A DNA stretch of 64,000 bases from a candidate division WOR-3 bacterium. GTDB lineage: Bacteria; Hydrothermota; Tepidihabitantia; B3-TA06. The notes beneath the pieces were generated by a model. It was not told the origin of the DNA and ran no database searches. It was given only the letters and a program-made list of their open reading frames with translations. The position numbers and the translations under genes are program-made. The DNA lies in the NCBI GenBank assembly GCA_965649265.1, contig CBFGKC010000006.1, forward strand, positions 122,883 to 186,882, written 5' to 3'. This document shows, piece by piece, positions 1 through 9,399 of this stretch (the stretch's first letter is position 1; each line of letters starts with the position of its first letter).

Positions 1-948
1 GGTGGTAATTGTTGACAGGGTTCTCGCCCCGAGATTATAAACGTCAATTTTCAGAGGGGCAAGAAGAAAGAGGTTTCCTTCTATAAGTCGAGCCTTATCA
101 TAGGTTGTCAGGCGGAGGTTCCCGGCGATGCCGTCGCTCCAGGCGGGCTGAGGACTGGTCGTGGTTCCCCAACGTGAAAATGCCCGAAATACAGTACTTC
201 CGTTTCTCTGAACTAACTGATCTACTCCGTTCGTACCGAAGGCGTAAAGCGAGGTATCCGAACTGAAAAAAGAACTTACATCTACAGCTCCAGGGCTTTG
301 GTATCGTAAGAGCTCGCGCCAGGAGAGCGCGTCAAATACCAGATATCCATACCCCGGTACTGATACGTAGGCCCTGTTCCTGAATTTGAAAACCATGGTG
401 TAGGAGCGCTGCATGAGGGCATCATCGGTAAAAAACCACGGATTTAAATAAGGGTAACTGCGTGGTTTACTCTCAGGGGTATTCGGCCCGAACCAGTGAG
501 TTGTCGAATCAGGTTCAACGTTTTTCTCCTGGCCGGAGAGCTTCTCGACAGGCTGTACAAACGAGCCGTGGTCCAGAAACAGGTATTCGTTCGAGAGTCC
601 AATTTTTGAGACAGGTGAGACTTTTGAAAGAATTATAGAACTTGTAATTCCACTCTGCGGTTGGAAAGTGTAAAGCCTGCCTTCTGTCGTGACGACCCAA
701 AACCCGATAATGCTGCGGTCGTATATCGCCATTGATATGTTTTGAGGCAGCCCCCTCTCTGCTCCAAATGTCTCTCCGGGCAGGTTAGTGGAGGCGTCAA
801 GTGTTAGTATTGACGTCCTGGTTACGGCGTATACGCTGCCGAAGACGTCATCGGCCGTGAAATTTCTTATTTCGTACAGCTTCGGATACTGCTGCCAGTC
901 CGAGGGATTAAAGAAGTATGCCAGAATCGAGAGCAGGATTGCGTTCAT
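1..948 (-). CDS. Partial exported protein, probable beta-propeller (runs off the left edge; absent from the ORF track)
   Basis: Manual translation from ATG at 948 (ATGA overlap with the nnr stop) gives MNAILLSILAYFFNPSDWQQYPKLYEIRNF...GAERGLPQNISMAIYD...FWVVT, open to position 1. Short hydrophobic N-terminus and beta-rich repeats. Confidence 0.7.
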   Translation of the reverse strand, partial: MNAILLSILAYFFNPSDWQQYPKLYEIRNFTADDVFGSVYAVTRTSILTLDASTNLPGETFGAERGLPQNISMAIYDRSIIGFWVVTTEGRLYTFQPQSGITSSIILSKVSPVSKIGLSNEYLFLDHGSFVQPVEKLSGQEKNVEPDSTTHWFGPNTPESKPRSYPYLNPWFFTDDALMQRSYTMVFKFRNRAYVSVPGYGYLVFDALSWRELLRYQSPGAVDVSSFFSSDTSLYAFGTNGVDQLVQRNGSTVFRAFSRWGTTTSPQPAWSDGIAGNLRLTTYDKARLIEGNLFLLAPLKIDVYNLGARTLSTITT

Positions 949-2537
949 TTTTCATCCTTACAATGGCATTCATCACACTCTTCTTCATTATCATCCTCTT
1001 CCAGTGACGCGAAGGCCTGAGGAAGATAGCGAAGCAGGTCGCCGGCAAGCAAGGAGTGTTCGCCGATGTCCTCTATCGCTATATCAGCCGCTTTACCGTG
1101 AAGCCAGACGCCGAGCCGCGCGGCGGGGGAGAGGGGCATTTTTTGTGCAACAAGGCCGGCTATTATCCCTGTCAGAACGTCGCCGGTTCCTCCCGATGCG
1201 AGTCCCGAGTTTCCGGTCGAGTTAACCCAGGTTTCTGAGGGGCATCCGGTAACCGTCGGCGCGCCTTTGAGTGCAAGCACCGTTCCCCATTTTTTTGCAT
1301 ACTCCTCTGAAAGATCAAGTCTTTTCGAATCCACTTGCTTCGCATCCATGTCGGTCAGTCTTCCGAACTCTCCGGGATGCGGTGTCAGAATAAGTGGGGG
1401 CTTCTTTCCTTCGAGTAATCCAGGCTCCGAGGCAATGGCGTTGATTCCGTCAGCATCGATAATCAACGGTTTCTTCCACTGCTTGAAGAGTTTCTTGACA
1501 AGTTCCACCGTTTCAGGATGAGTGCCGAGTCCTGGACCAATTGCCAGAACGTTCACGTCCTCCACCATTGACATTATTTCCTCTAGCGCTTTCGATGAGA
1601 TGTGGCCGTCGCCTGTATCTGCCAATGGTTTTTTGACGACCTCCAGGAGAGAGGAATCGAATACGCCGCTCATGGTTGCCGGGAATCCGAGGTAAACGAT
1701 TCCGGCGCCGGACCTTCCTGCCGCCTCGCAGGCAAGCCGCGCGGCGCCGCTCATGCCCTGGGAACCTGCAACAACGAGAACCTTGCCGAAGGTCGCCTTG
1801 TTTCCCCAGGGGACGCGAGAAGGAACTAGGAGGGAGGCGTCTTCGGACGTCATAAGTCGCAAATGCCCCTCGCCATCAAAGATCGCGCCAGGTATACCGA
1901 TATCTGCAACCCACACCTCGCCGCAGTATTCCATGGTTGGATAAAGCACATGGCAGGGTTTCAGGTAAGCCATTGTGACCGTTACATCCGCTTGAACCGC
2001 AGTCCCTGGTTTTTCAAGCATGCCGTCAGCCTCGATTCCTGACGGCAAGTCGACGCTCACGACGAAACCCTCAGACTCGTTTACGAGTTCTATCGCCTTT
2101 TGAGCGAGTTCATCAGGCTTACCCTTGAATCCTGTGCCGAGAATCGCGTCCACGACCACGTCAAACGAATCGATATCGTCAATCCACGAAGCCAGGCCGT
2201 CCTCATCCAAGACCTCGTCTATGGGCAATCCCATCTTCTCGGCTATTCTCGCATTGGTAAGGGCATCGCCTTTCAGGTCGTCCACCCTGGCAAGCAGAAT
2301 GATTTCGACGAACGCACCCCTGTTGGCCAGGTGGCGGGCCACGACGAATCCGTCGCCGCCGTTGTTACCTTTTCCGCAAACCATAAGAGCCCTTAAGCCG
2401 TCCGTGCCCAGGTACTCCTCGATGGTTTCGGCGACCGCACGGCCCGCGTTTTCCATGAGTAAAATTGTGGGTATCCCGAACTCGCTGGACGCGCGTTCAT
2501 CTATTCCGCGCATCTCGTCGCGTCTCACAATACGCAT
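945..2537 (-). CDS. nnr: Bifunctional NAD(P)H-hydrate epimerase/dehydratase (NnrE-NnrD)
   Basis: YjeF-N motifs LMENAG, GKGNNGGDG, DAILGTG, DLPSG. Carbohydrate-kinase-like motifs GPGLG, DADG, TPHPGEF, GGTGDVLTG. Confidence 0.95.
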   Translation of the reverse strand: MRIVRRDEMRGIDERASSEFGIPTILLMENAGRAVAETIEEYLGTDGLRALMVCGKGNNGGDGFVVARHLANRGAFVEIILLARVDDLKGDALTNARIAEKMGLPIDEVLDEDGLASWIDDIDSFDVVVDAILGTGFKGKPDELAQKAIELVNESEGFVVSVDLPSGIEADGMLEKPGTAVQADVTVTMAYLKPCHVLYPTMEYCGEVWVADIGIPGAIFDGEGHLRLMTSEDASLLVPSRVPWGNKATFGKVLVVAGSQGMSGAARLACEAAGRSGAGIVYLGFPATMSGVFDSSLLEVVKKPLADTGDGHISSKALEEIMSMVEDVNVLAIGPGLGTHPETVELVKKLFKQWKKPLIIDADGINAIASEPGLLEGKKPPLILTPHPGEFGRLTDMDAKQVDSKRLDLSEEYAKKWGTVLALKGAPTVTGCPSETWVNSTGNSGLASGGTGDVLTGIIAGLVAQKMPLSPAARLGVWLHGKAADIAIEDIGEHSLLAGDLLRYLPQAFASLEEDDNEEECDECHCKDEK

Positions 2538-2614
2538 GTTACCTCTCCCTTTGTGTATCTATTTTTTCTTCTTGTCCTGAAAATTCTTGCCTGTGCCGGA
2601 TAGTGCAGAAAGGC

Positions 2615-3691
2615 TCATCCGTAGAAGTACTGGTAAGAGAGCGAGCGTATTACGTCTCCGGAACGATCCTTGCTTATCTCCTCCAGAATATGTCCCTTGT
2701 CATCGTAGCGTAGATCGACGAATCCGTAAGGCTTGTTGCGCTCGTCGTGCCAGATTATCTTTATAGGCTCCTTTCCTTCTTTATCGTACTTGTACTCCCA
2801 TGATTTCGTACGCCTTTTGTTGCTGTCGTGCCATTCCTTTTTAAGAAGGCGGCCTTTGCGGTCGTACTGGAATTCAATCGTATTTAAAATCTCGTTCTGG
2901 GAGTTACGGGTAATTTCCTTGGTAATCTTTCCGTCCTTGCTTACTTCCCTGTCGAAAACCTGCAGGGTGACACCCGAACGATCTATGTGTATTTCCTGAA
3001 CCAGGACCCCGTCCTTGTCGTAAATCATCTGTTGTGTGCGGACAGGCTGTCCTGCGGTGTCGAAGAAAACCATTCTCGTGAGACGATCCCCGTCGTACTC
3101 GTAGCGGCATATCTCGTTTACGCGATCGTTGAGAACCGTGCGGCGTTCGACCAGTCGGTTGCCCGATCCCTTTGGAGGAGGGGGAGGGGGTGCTGAAAAA
3201 GAAGCCTGGCCTTGAGGCTGGGGTTGTGGAGAAGCGGTTCTTGTGTCCTTTGCTTGCGTTTTGGCCTGCGGCTGCAGCTGAGGCTCCGGAGCGCGCTGTT
3301 TGGCGGCAATGGCGGGCGAAAGCGTCGGCATGGCATCCCTGCGCGGATGTTCGTCTCCCTGTTTGAGCGATAAGCGAAGTCTGGATTCCAGATGTGTTTC
3401 AAGATGATCTATGAGCTTTACGGCCTTTTCGAGGTCGTTGGACTCGATAACGGCCAGCGTAATTTCGTTAAGTATCTCGACCTGGAATTCGTGAGCGGCA
3501 ATCTTGATAAGCTCGGGAGAAATGGATTCGCGCGCGGCCGCAAGATGCACTTCCACCCTCTGGCTGAGCTTGCGGTTTTCCTCAAGAAGATCCGCAATGC
3601 GTTTGGCCAGTTCTTCCTGTTCTTTTGCCAGGTCCTGGTACTTTAAATAATCTTTTTCGGGATCGTACTTAGAAGCCATGGATTGTCTCAC
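2615..3691 (-). CDS. Hypothetical protein: N-terminal coiled coil, Pro/Gln linker, C-terminal YD-like beta-hairpin repeats
   Basis: Heptad-rich N-terminus, PPPPPP linker, repeated YEYD/YDKDG/YDRKGR/YDDKG motifs, no signal peptide. Start could be 3679. Confidence 0.7.
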   Translation of the reverse strand: MRQSMASKYDPEKDYLKYQDLAKEQEELAKRIADLLEENRKLSQRVEVHLAAARESISPELIKIAAHEFQVEILNEITLAVIESNDLEKAVKLIDHLETHLESRLRLSLKQGDEHPRRDAMPTLSPAIAAKQRAPEPQLQPQAKTQAKDTRTASPQPQPQGQASFSAPPPPPPKGSGNRLVERRTVLNDRVNEICRYEYDGDRLTRMVFFDTAGQPVRTQQMIYDKDGVLVQEIHIDRSGVTLQVFDREVSKDGKITKEITRNSQNEILNTIEFQYDRKGRLLKKEWHDSNKRRTKSWEYKYDKEGKEPIKIIWHDERNKPYGFVDLRYDDKGHILEEISKDRSGDVIRSLSYQYFYG

Positions 3692-3823
3692 TGGTTGTTG
3701 TCATACGCTAACTATACCAAGCTTAAGTGCCCTTGTCAAGCTAAATAAAATGCCCCCTAAAAGTCGAATGACGACATTTAGGGATCCCGAGAAGTCAGTT
3801 TCGGACTTCTCGGGGTCCCGGAT

Positions 3824-5161
3824 TCATTTCACAATTATAACCTTGCAGATTCGGCAAGGATCTACATCGGGGACTATGAAATACACGCCTGCCTCGTGTC
3901 CTTTACCCCATTTGAAAGTGCCTTGTGTTTGAGATGGTTTTATTTTGTCCACCTTGCGGCCGGATGCGTCGTATACATCGGCTTGAAAACCGCTGGGATG
4001 TCCCGAGTATTGCAGCACTATCTCCTTACCGATGGGGGAGAGGAGTTGCCAGGCTGTTATTTGCTCGACAGCAGGTTTTTCCGCGACTCCTACGTTGCCA
4101 AGGGAATCGGTCTTAATAAGACAGATTTTGTAAATACCGCTTTCCGAGGTCATAACCTCTCCGGTAATAATAAAACCCTTATCCTGGGTTTCCTGGACAC
4201 TGAATCCTCTGTTCCATGAGTTTTCGCCGAATTGTTTTGTCCACTGAAAGTTTCCATTTTTATCTAACTTAAGGAGGAGCAGAAAAGTTCCGTGATCGGT
4301 CCTGAAAATTCCGGTTGCGGCTAAACCGCCGTCATATGTCTCATCACAATCATAGGCCTGCAGAGAATCTCTTGCAAAAGACCAGACTGTATCCCCCAGT
4401 TCATCGAGCTTGAGTATCCATAAAGCCTGCCCGCCGTTTTTCCAGCCTGCAACATAGTACCCACCTTCGGTCTGGTGTATGGAGTAGCCCTTTTCTCCTT
4501 CCGTGGACAAGCCATGGCTTTTTGCCCAAAGGAGATTGCCCTTATCATCGGTCTTGACAACGCCCAGATGAAAGGCTGAATCTCTGCCTGTTACAATAAA
4601 ACCGTTATCTTCAGTTTTTGCGATACACAAACCTTCCAGCCCATACTGGTGCGTCCAGACCGTATCGCCGTTCTTGTCGAACTTCATGATAGTCCAGGGG
4701 GTGCCTGTTGCAGCATATCCGTCTGCCGTTTCGATTACACATTCGCCATAAGAAAAACCACTATTATTGCCAATCGCCTGAGTCCATAAAGTGTCGCCAT
4801 AAGGGTTCGTTTTTATCAACCACAAATGAACCGTCTGCCAGCCACCCGCACAACTACCCACGAGCGTATATCCTTCGTCAGTTGTTTGGATGACAGAAAG
4901 GCCTTTACCGCCGTAAGCTTTTGAATCCTTGTATGTTTTAGACCATTGGATTTCGCCCAAAGGATCGGTTTTCAGGAGGCAGGTTCCGGCTACTATATAT
5001 CCTCCATCCTTTGTTTGCTTGACGGAGTATCCTGAATTGAAATCAGCGTCACCGTAAGTTTTCATCCAGCCGGCAACACTCGACAGAGGGAATATCAGCA
5101 ACCCAAGAACCGTCAAGACTATGTTTGTCAGAGGATTAAACACTAACCTCGATTTTTCCAT
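3824..5161 (-). CDS. Exported beta-propeller repeat protein with C-terminal sorting-like domain
   Basis: Signal peptide; repeats of QTxDGGY..G...LIKTD..G..LW; C-terminal YDASGRKV...GVYF; SD GGAGG upstream. Confidence 0.8.
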   Translation of the reverse strand: MEKSRLVFNPLTNIVLTVLGLLIFPLSSVAGWMKTYGDADFNSGYSVKQTKDGGYIVAGTCLLKTDPLGEIQWSKTYKDSKAYGGKGLSVIQTTDEGYTLVGSCAGGWQTVHLWLIKTNPYGDTLWTQAIGNNSGFSYGECVIETADGYAATGTPWTIMKFDKNGDTVWTHQYGLEGLCIAKTEDNGFIVTGRDSAFHLGVVKTDDKGNLLWAKSHGLSTEGEKGYSIHQTEGGYYVAGWKNGGQALWILKLDELGDTVWSFARDSLQAYDCDETYDGGLAATGIFRTDHGTFLLLLKLDKNGNFQWTKQFGENSWNRGFSVQETQDKGFIITGEVMTSESGIYKICLIKTDSLGNVGVAEKPAVEQITAWQLLSPIGKEIVLQYSGHPSGFQADVYDASGRKVDKIKPSQTQGTFKWGKGHEAGVYFIVPDVDPCRICKVIIVK

Positions 5162-5249
5162 AAAACCTCCTCAAGGTTTTTTTGGCTTACGCCTCCTCAT
5201 TAACGCCCAACAATTAAATTCTGGTCAAAAAACCTGCTTATCAAGCTCT

Positions 5250-6551
5250 CTAGCTCGCGTAAGGGAACAGGAACTTTAGCGATGCGCCGAAGCGGTAGAA
5301 CTTTTCGGTATACAAATCTTCCTCCAGCCCGAACTTCTTGGACCAGGTCGCGTACTCGAAGGAACTGTTGAGGACAACATACGAAGAGATAGGTATGCCT
5401 ATCCCTGCGGTTACACCTTTGAGATACTTTGGTGTGTGCTGGCCTGAGTCGGCCTGCGGGATCGCGTCAAAGTAGAAACCTCCGCGTACTATCACAGGCG
5501 ATACGAATTCGGCACCGAAGCGGAACGTGGAACCGTCGTTCACGCCGAGCCTTGAGCCTAAGGCCTCGACGGCAGTGAAGAAGCGAGTCTGGAATTCACC
5601 TGAAAGATTGAGGAAAGGCAAAATCTTCGACCGCAAACCGACGGTGAAGACGCCGGGCAACATGTAGGCTGTTGAGTCATCTACCTGGTGTTTTATCTGA
5701 ATTCCATTAGTGTCCAATACAAGCGTTGAATCAAACCAAGTAATCTCCGTTCCGGAAAGGCTTTCCTCGCCCCATCTCCAGCCCCAGGCTATAGGTGATC
5801 GATATGAGAAGCTTATACCCAACTGGGGAAAGGGTTCCGCAAACGCGCCTACAGTGAAAAAATTTCCTGTCGAGGAGAAGTTACCTTTGTATCTTATTCG
5901 TGTTTCATCGTATATACCGGAGGTGTCCCCGTCTTCAATCTCAAGATCATCGTAAACGCTTACTTCGTAATAGCTGCTTTTGAGCTTCTCTAGTGCGCTG
6001 AAGCTGAAGGCCAGACCAATGGAGTAATTGTCCAGTATGCTCATTGCGATCGCCGGGGTTATTACCCTTAAACCGCCGGTTGCGGTATCGGTCATCTTAT
6101 AACTTCCGTTTTCGAATTCCCAGTTAATCTCCCTGTTGACGGCATTATCAATATGTAGGTGATAGCCGAAAGCAGGATAGAGCACAGCGTATTCCGCGAT
6201 CTGGATGGGCAAAGCTAAAGAGACGTGTGTGAACTGGGGGATGGTGTTATATTTTGTGTAGTATTGCTCTTCTTGTATCTCTTCCTGGCCGAAACCCCAG
6301 TAAAGCCTTCCGCCGATCTCCATTTCAAGATAATCAGCGTCCAGCAAAAGAGCAGGATTGAAAAAGATGGCGTTCGAACCCTGAGCGCTGACCGATCCGG
6401 TATTGCCCATGCCGCAGGAACGGACATCCACGACGGTGGGATTAATTGCGTCAACCATAAATGCATAAACGGTTGAATTTACGAAAAATAGCGGTAACAA
6501 TACGACCAAAGTCTTAAAGGTCGCTTTTTTTTCAAATCCTGACATGCACAT
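5250..6551 (-). CDS. Outer-membrane beta-barrel, FadL/TodX/PorV-like
   Basis: Hatch motif RSCGMGNT...NAIFFNPA, amphipathic strands, aromatic-rich C-terminus. Start moved to 6551/6545, after SD GGAGGT. Confidence 0.75.
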   Translation of the reverse strand: MCMSGFEKKATFKTLVVLLPLFFVNSTVYAFMVDAINPTVVDVRSCGMGNTGSVSAQGSNAIFFNPALLLDADYLEMEIGGRLYWGFGQEEIQEEQYYTKYNTIPQFTHVSLALPIQIAEYAVLYPAFGYHLHIDNAVNREINWEFENGSYKMTDTATGGLRVITPAIAMSILDNYSIGLAFSFSALEKLKSSYYEVSVYDDLEIEDGDTSGIYDETRIRYKGNFSSTGNFFTVGAFAEPFPQLGISFSYRSPIAWGWRWGEESLSGTEITWFDSTLVLDTNGIQIKHQVDDSTAYMLPGVFTVGLRSKILPFLNLSGEFQTRFFTAVEALGSRLGVNDGSTFRFGAEFVSPVIVRGGFYFDAIPQADSGQHTPKYLKGVTAGIGIPISSYVVLNSSFEYATWSKKFGLEEDLYTEKFYRFGASLKFLFPYAS

Positions 6552-6759
6552 ACCTACCTCCAGGCTTGCCTTTTTTGTATCTATAGTGTATACCGAAACA
6601 TGTGATTTGTCAAGCCCTTCTGTGAGCTTCTGGTCATCTAAGTCAAGCCAAAAAAACATCTGTAACCGTCAGCCCTCTCAGTCATATCCCGGCATTGGTC
6701 TTACAGACTGAGTTAATTGGAATAATATCCAAATCACAAGCAGAGAAAGATGTGTTACT

Positions 6760-6965
6760 GAGTCCTCCTCAGAAACCTCCTCAGAGCTACCCCTCAGTCT
6801 TCCTTACATCCCCGGCGCTCCTCATTGGATCAGTAATAATGAAACAGCAGAAGCCGGAGGGTTCTGCCAATGCGCCTCCGGCGCTCCTCATTGGAGAGTA
6901 GAAGTAAAATGGCGGAAGCGGAGCTTGCGCCCAGCGCCTTCGAGGCGCTCGCTCTCCTCAGAAAT
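6760..6965. repeat. Mosaic REP/BIME-like intergenic repeat, copy 1
   Basis: Contains CCTCCTCAGA units, GCGCCTCCGGCGCT hairpins and AAATGGCGGAAGCG.AGCTTGCGCCCAGCGCCT, all shared with 43921-44265. Confidence 0.8.
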
Positions 6966-7130
6966 ACCCTGACACATGTCTGACACACTGAGCTAATCTT
7001 AGCGGTATGTTTCTATTTATGAGCTATGAGGGAGAAGGGGGGGCAGGAGCCCTCCTCAGAGACCTCTCGGTGTCGATTTTACATAATTTTCTGAGCGGAG
7101 TATCTTTCTATTCACGACCAATGAGGGATG

Positions 7131-7188
7131 GTGTGTTACGGGGGGGGGACGGGTGTTACGGGTGGGTGTTACGGGTGGCGTTACGGGG
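7131..7188 (-). repeat. Short CCCGTAAC(A/G)C tandem units directly after the radical SAM stop
   Basis: Four GTTACGGG units on the + strand. The first unit on the minus strand supplies the TAA stop. Confidence 0.75.
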
Positions 7189-8203
7189 CAGAGAGAATCT
7201 GGGCGACGAATGGTTCGGTACCACCGCATTCATTTGCGGCGGCCCGGCACGATGCCCGGCATGTCTCGATATCCTTGCACCCTCTGCACATCTCCGGTAT
7301 ATCCTCAATGAACTCCTTCCTTTCGGCGGAATCCATCAGCTCCCAGAAACTTTTTTCCCTGATATTCCCGAGAACGAGCGGGGTGTGGTTGCACGGACGC
7401 AGATTGCCTATGGAATCCACCACCGGGTAGCACTCCTCGGTTCCCGCCGAGCAGAAACCGAAGCCGAGATGCGGGTAGTTCTTAATATCCACGAGGCAGC
7501 AGGGGATAGGTATCGATACGCTTATGGGGAACCTCTTTTCTACCGCGAACCGCTCGGCTGTGTCGAGCATGAAGAGCACATCCTGGGGGGAGGGGGAGAG
7601 TTCGTCGAGATTCTCGAGTCCCCTTCCGCCGGGATTGAAGCGGTTGAGCATCACGCCGTGCGTACCGAGGCTCCTTGCGAACTCCAGGGTTTCCCAGAGC
7701 CTTGCGAGGTTGATCTTTGTGACGATCAGGGCGACTACAATCTTCGCCTTTGTCGAAAGCACGGCCTCTATCCCTCGAACTGATTTCTCGAAGCTTCCAC
7801 TGCATCCCTGCAGGTATTCGTGCTCGTCTGGCCTGTCCGATAGAAGCTGGATCTCGAAAAGAGAGATTCCAGCCCTCACAAGCGTCTTTGCGAGTTTCTT
7901 GTCGAGCGCCTGGCCGTTCGTGATGATGTTGAGCTGAGCGCCCGAGAGTGCGGCCTGAAGCGAGATGTCCACGAGATCGGGTCTCAGAGTCGGTTCTCCG
8001 CCGCTTATCGTGAAGAGTGACGGCTTCGTCTCTTTTAAGAGCTTTGCCAGCATCTCGCGGGTTTCCTTTGGGTTCAAGTCCTCATGTACAGTTTCCGGAT
8101 GCTTATGCCAGATGTTGTAGCAGAAGCGGCATTTGAGATTACATCTTTGGGTTACTTCGAAGATGAGGATTTTCTGGCGGCGGTCCCTTAACGAATCGTT
8201 CAT
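7181..8203 (-). CDS. Radical SAM/SPASM-domain enzyme, peptide/protein-maturase type
   Basis: CNLKCRFC (CxxxCxxC), SGGEP, ITNG. SPASM region CSAG...DSIGNLRPC...CRGC.....CRASC. No N-terminal RRE extension. ATG is one base from the stop of the last array gene. Confidence 0.93.
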   Translation of the reverse strand: MNDSLRDRRQKILIFEVTQRCNLKCRFCYNIWHKHPETVHEDLNPKETREMLAKLLKETKPSLFTISGGEPTLRPDLVDISLQAALSGAQLNIITNGQALDKKLAKTLVRAGISLFEIQLLSDRPDEHEYLQGCSGSFEKSVRGIEAVLSTKAKIVVALIVTKINLARLWETLEFARSLGTHGVMLNRFNPGGRGLENLDELSPSPQDVLFMLDTAERFAVEKRFPISVSIPIPCCLVDIKNYPHLGFGFCSAGTEECYPVVDSIGNLRPCNHTPLVLGNIREKSFWELMDSAERKEFIEDIPEMCRGCKDIETCRASCRAAANECGGTEPFVAQILSAP

Positions 8204-8204
8204 G

Positions 8205-8780
8205 CTAATTATCTTCCTTTTTCTCAGTTCCTGACGTATCCGGTTTGCTGACTATTAGTTTTGCCAGGTGAGAGGTTTCAGAATTAAGCGAGGATATTTT
8301 CATGAAGACCCTGACGGTTTCAGGCGGAAGGCCTCGAACATCCAGCCTCGCTTCCAGAAGTTCCGCGGAGCTGTCGAATTTCCCGTCGACCGGGTCGAGC
8401 GATATAATATAAGGTTCAGCATCCGGTCGGCTAACCGCGGCCGTAGCACTGTATATTATGTCACCAGGTATTTCTGTTCTTCCAAGAACCTTTATAGTTA
8501 CGGAATCCGCACCCCTGGTCGGGTTGGGATAGATCAAAAGCGAGTCGACAATCTCATCTGCAGGCGGAGAAAAATGAACATAGTAGCAAGTAATCGCCGG
8601 TTCATAGTGACGGTGTGTCAGACATCCTATGAGCGAAAGTAAGCCTCCTAGAAGAACCAGTTTAAAATGTCTGGTTGTTCTTGAAAATCGGTTCTTGCTC
8701 TCTAAAACCGAAAGAAGATGGAATACTAAACCTCCCGCTCGGCTCAACAACCCTGAGAGCCTATTACGCAACTTGATCAC
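8205..8780 (-). CDS. CY-motif array paralog 12 (lipoprotein type)
   Basis: Conserved leader, lipobox LIGC, AITCYYV, YPNPTRGADSV, DGKFD..AE. Confidence 0.85.
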   Translation of the reverse strand: MIKLRNRLSGLLSRAGGLVFHLLSVLESKNRFSRTTRHFKLVLLGGLLSLIGCLTHRHYEPAITCYYVHFSPPADEIVDSLLIYPNPTRGADSVTIKVLGRTEIPGDIIYSATAAVSRPDAEPYIISLDPVDGKFDSSAELLEARLDVRGLPPETVRVFMKISSLNSETSHLAKLIVSKPDTSGTEKKEDN

Positions 8781-8785
8781 TGGTC

Positions 8786-8813
8786 AATATACGGCTGATA
8801 GGGATGGTGTCAA
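8786..8813 (-). promoter_or_regulatory. Sigma70-like promoter TTGACA-16-TATATT, leaderless start for paralog 12 plus the radical SAM gene
   Basis: The -35 overlaps the upstream stop codon. The -10 ends 5 nt before GTG 8780. No SD. Confidence 0.6.
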
Positions 8814-9370
8814 TCCTTTTCTTCCGTAGAGTCAGGGTCCGTCACGACAAGCATTAGTTGTTGCGTATACATGCCTGCCTGGGAGGTGTAGAAGGTCAGG
8901 TCCACCCATGTTGTTTCGGAGACAAGCCCTCCGATATAGAACCTCCCCTGAACGGCCTCAAGCGTGTCCGAAAAATCTCCGTCAACCGCATCGAGAGGCG
9001 TAAGAAGCGTGTCTGATGCCAGTTTTATCGTCGCGCCGGTAATGATGTTGCCTTCTATTCCCGGATCGTAAACCTTGGCCGTCGCCTTCACCGTTACCGT
9101 ATCCGCGCCTTTTGTAGGATTCGGCGTAATAGCAGCCTCGGTGACTACCACGGGGTCAATTATGGCCATGTCGTAGCAGGTTGCTATGGGTGTCTCCGGC
9201 TGTGCCCTGAGCCAGCCTGCAACAGTCAGAACGAGACCTAAAACGAAGAGCTTGGTCCACCTCGCCGTCTTTTTAATAGTTCCCTCCTCCTCCCAGCTTG
9301 AAAGAACCGGAAGGAGTTTTGCTCCTATCCTCGTTATGAATGATGAAAGCGCGTTTCGAGTCTTAATCAT
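8810..9370 (-). CDS. CY-motif array paralog 11 (SPase I type)
   Basis: Leader ...WEEEGTIKKTARWTK, LRA/Q cleavage, IATCYDM, TPNPTKGADTV, DGDFSDTLE. Confidence 0.88.
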   Translation of the reverse strand: MIKTRNALSSFITRIGAKLLPVLSSWEEEGTIKKTARWTKLFVLGLVLTVAGWLRAQPETPIATCYDMAIIDPVVVTEAAITPNPTKGADTVTVKATAKVYDPGIEGNIITGATIKLASDTLLTPLDAVDGDFSDTLEAVQGRFYIGGLVSETTWVDLTFYTSQAGMYTQQLMLVVTDPDSTEEKD

Positions 9371-9399
9371 GTTTTACTGTACCTCACTTTTCCGGACTG

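Noticed and set aside
2615-3691. RHS toxin
   Set aside because: Too short, with no RHS core PxxxxDPxG motif, toxin tip or immunity gene.
5250-6551. Outer-membrane barrel as part of the radical SAM system
   Set aside because: It is separated by about 630 bp of repeats and has its own promoter-like sequence and SD. There is no evidence of linkage beyond orientation.
7181-8203. PqqE, NirJ/Ahb or anaerobic sulfatase maturase assignment
   Set aside because: No pqq, heme-biosynthesis or sulfatase genes nearby. Context points to the adjacent array, though phylogeny is needed to exclude these formally.
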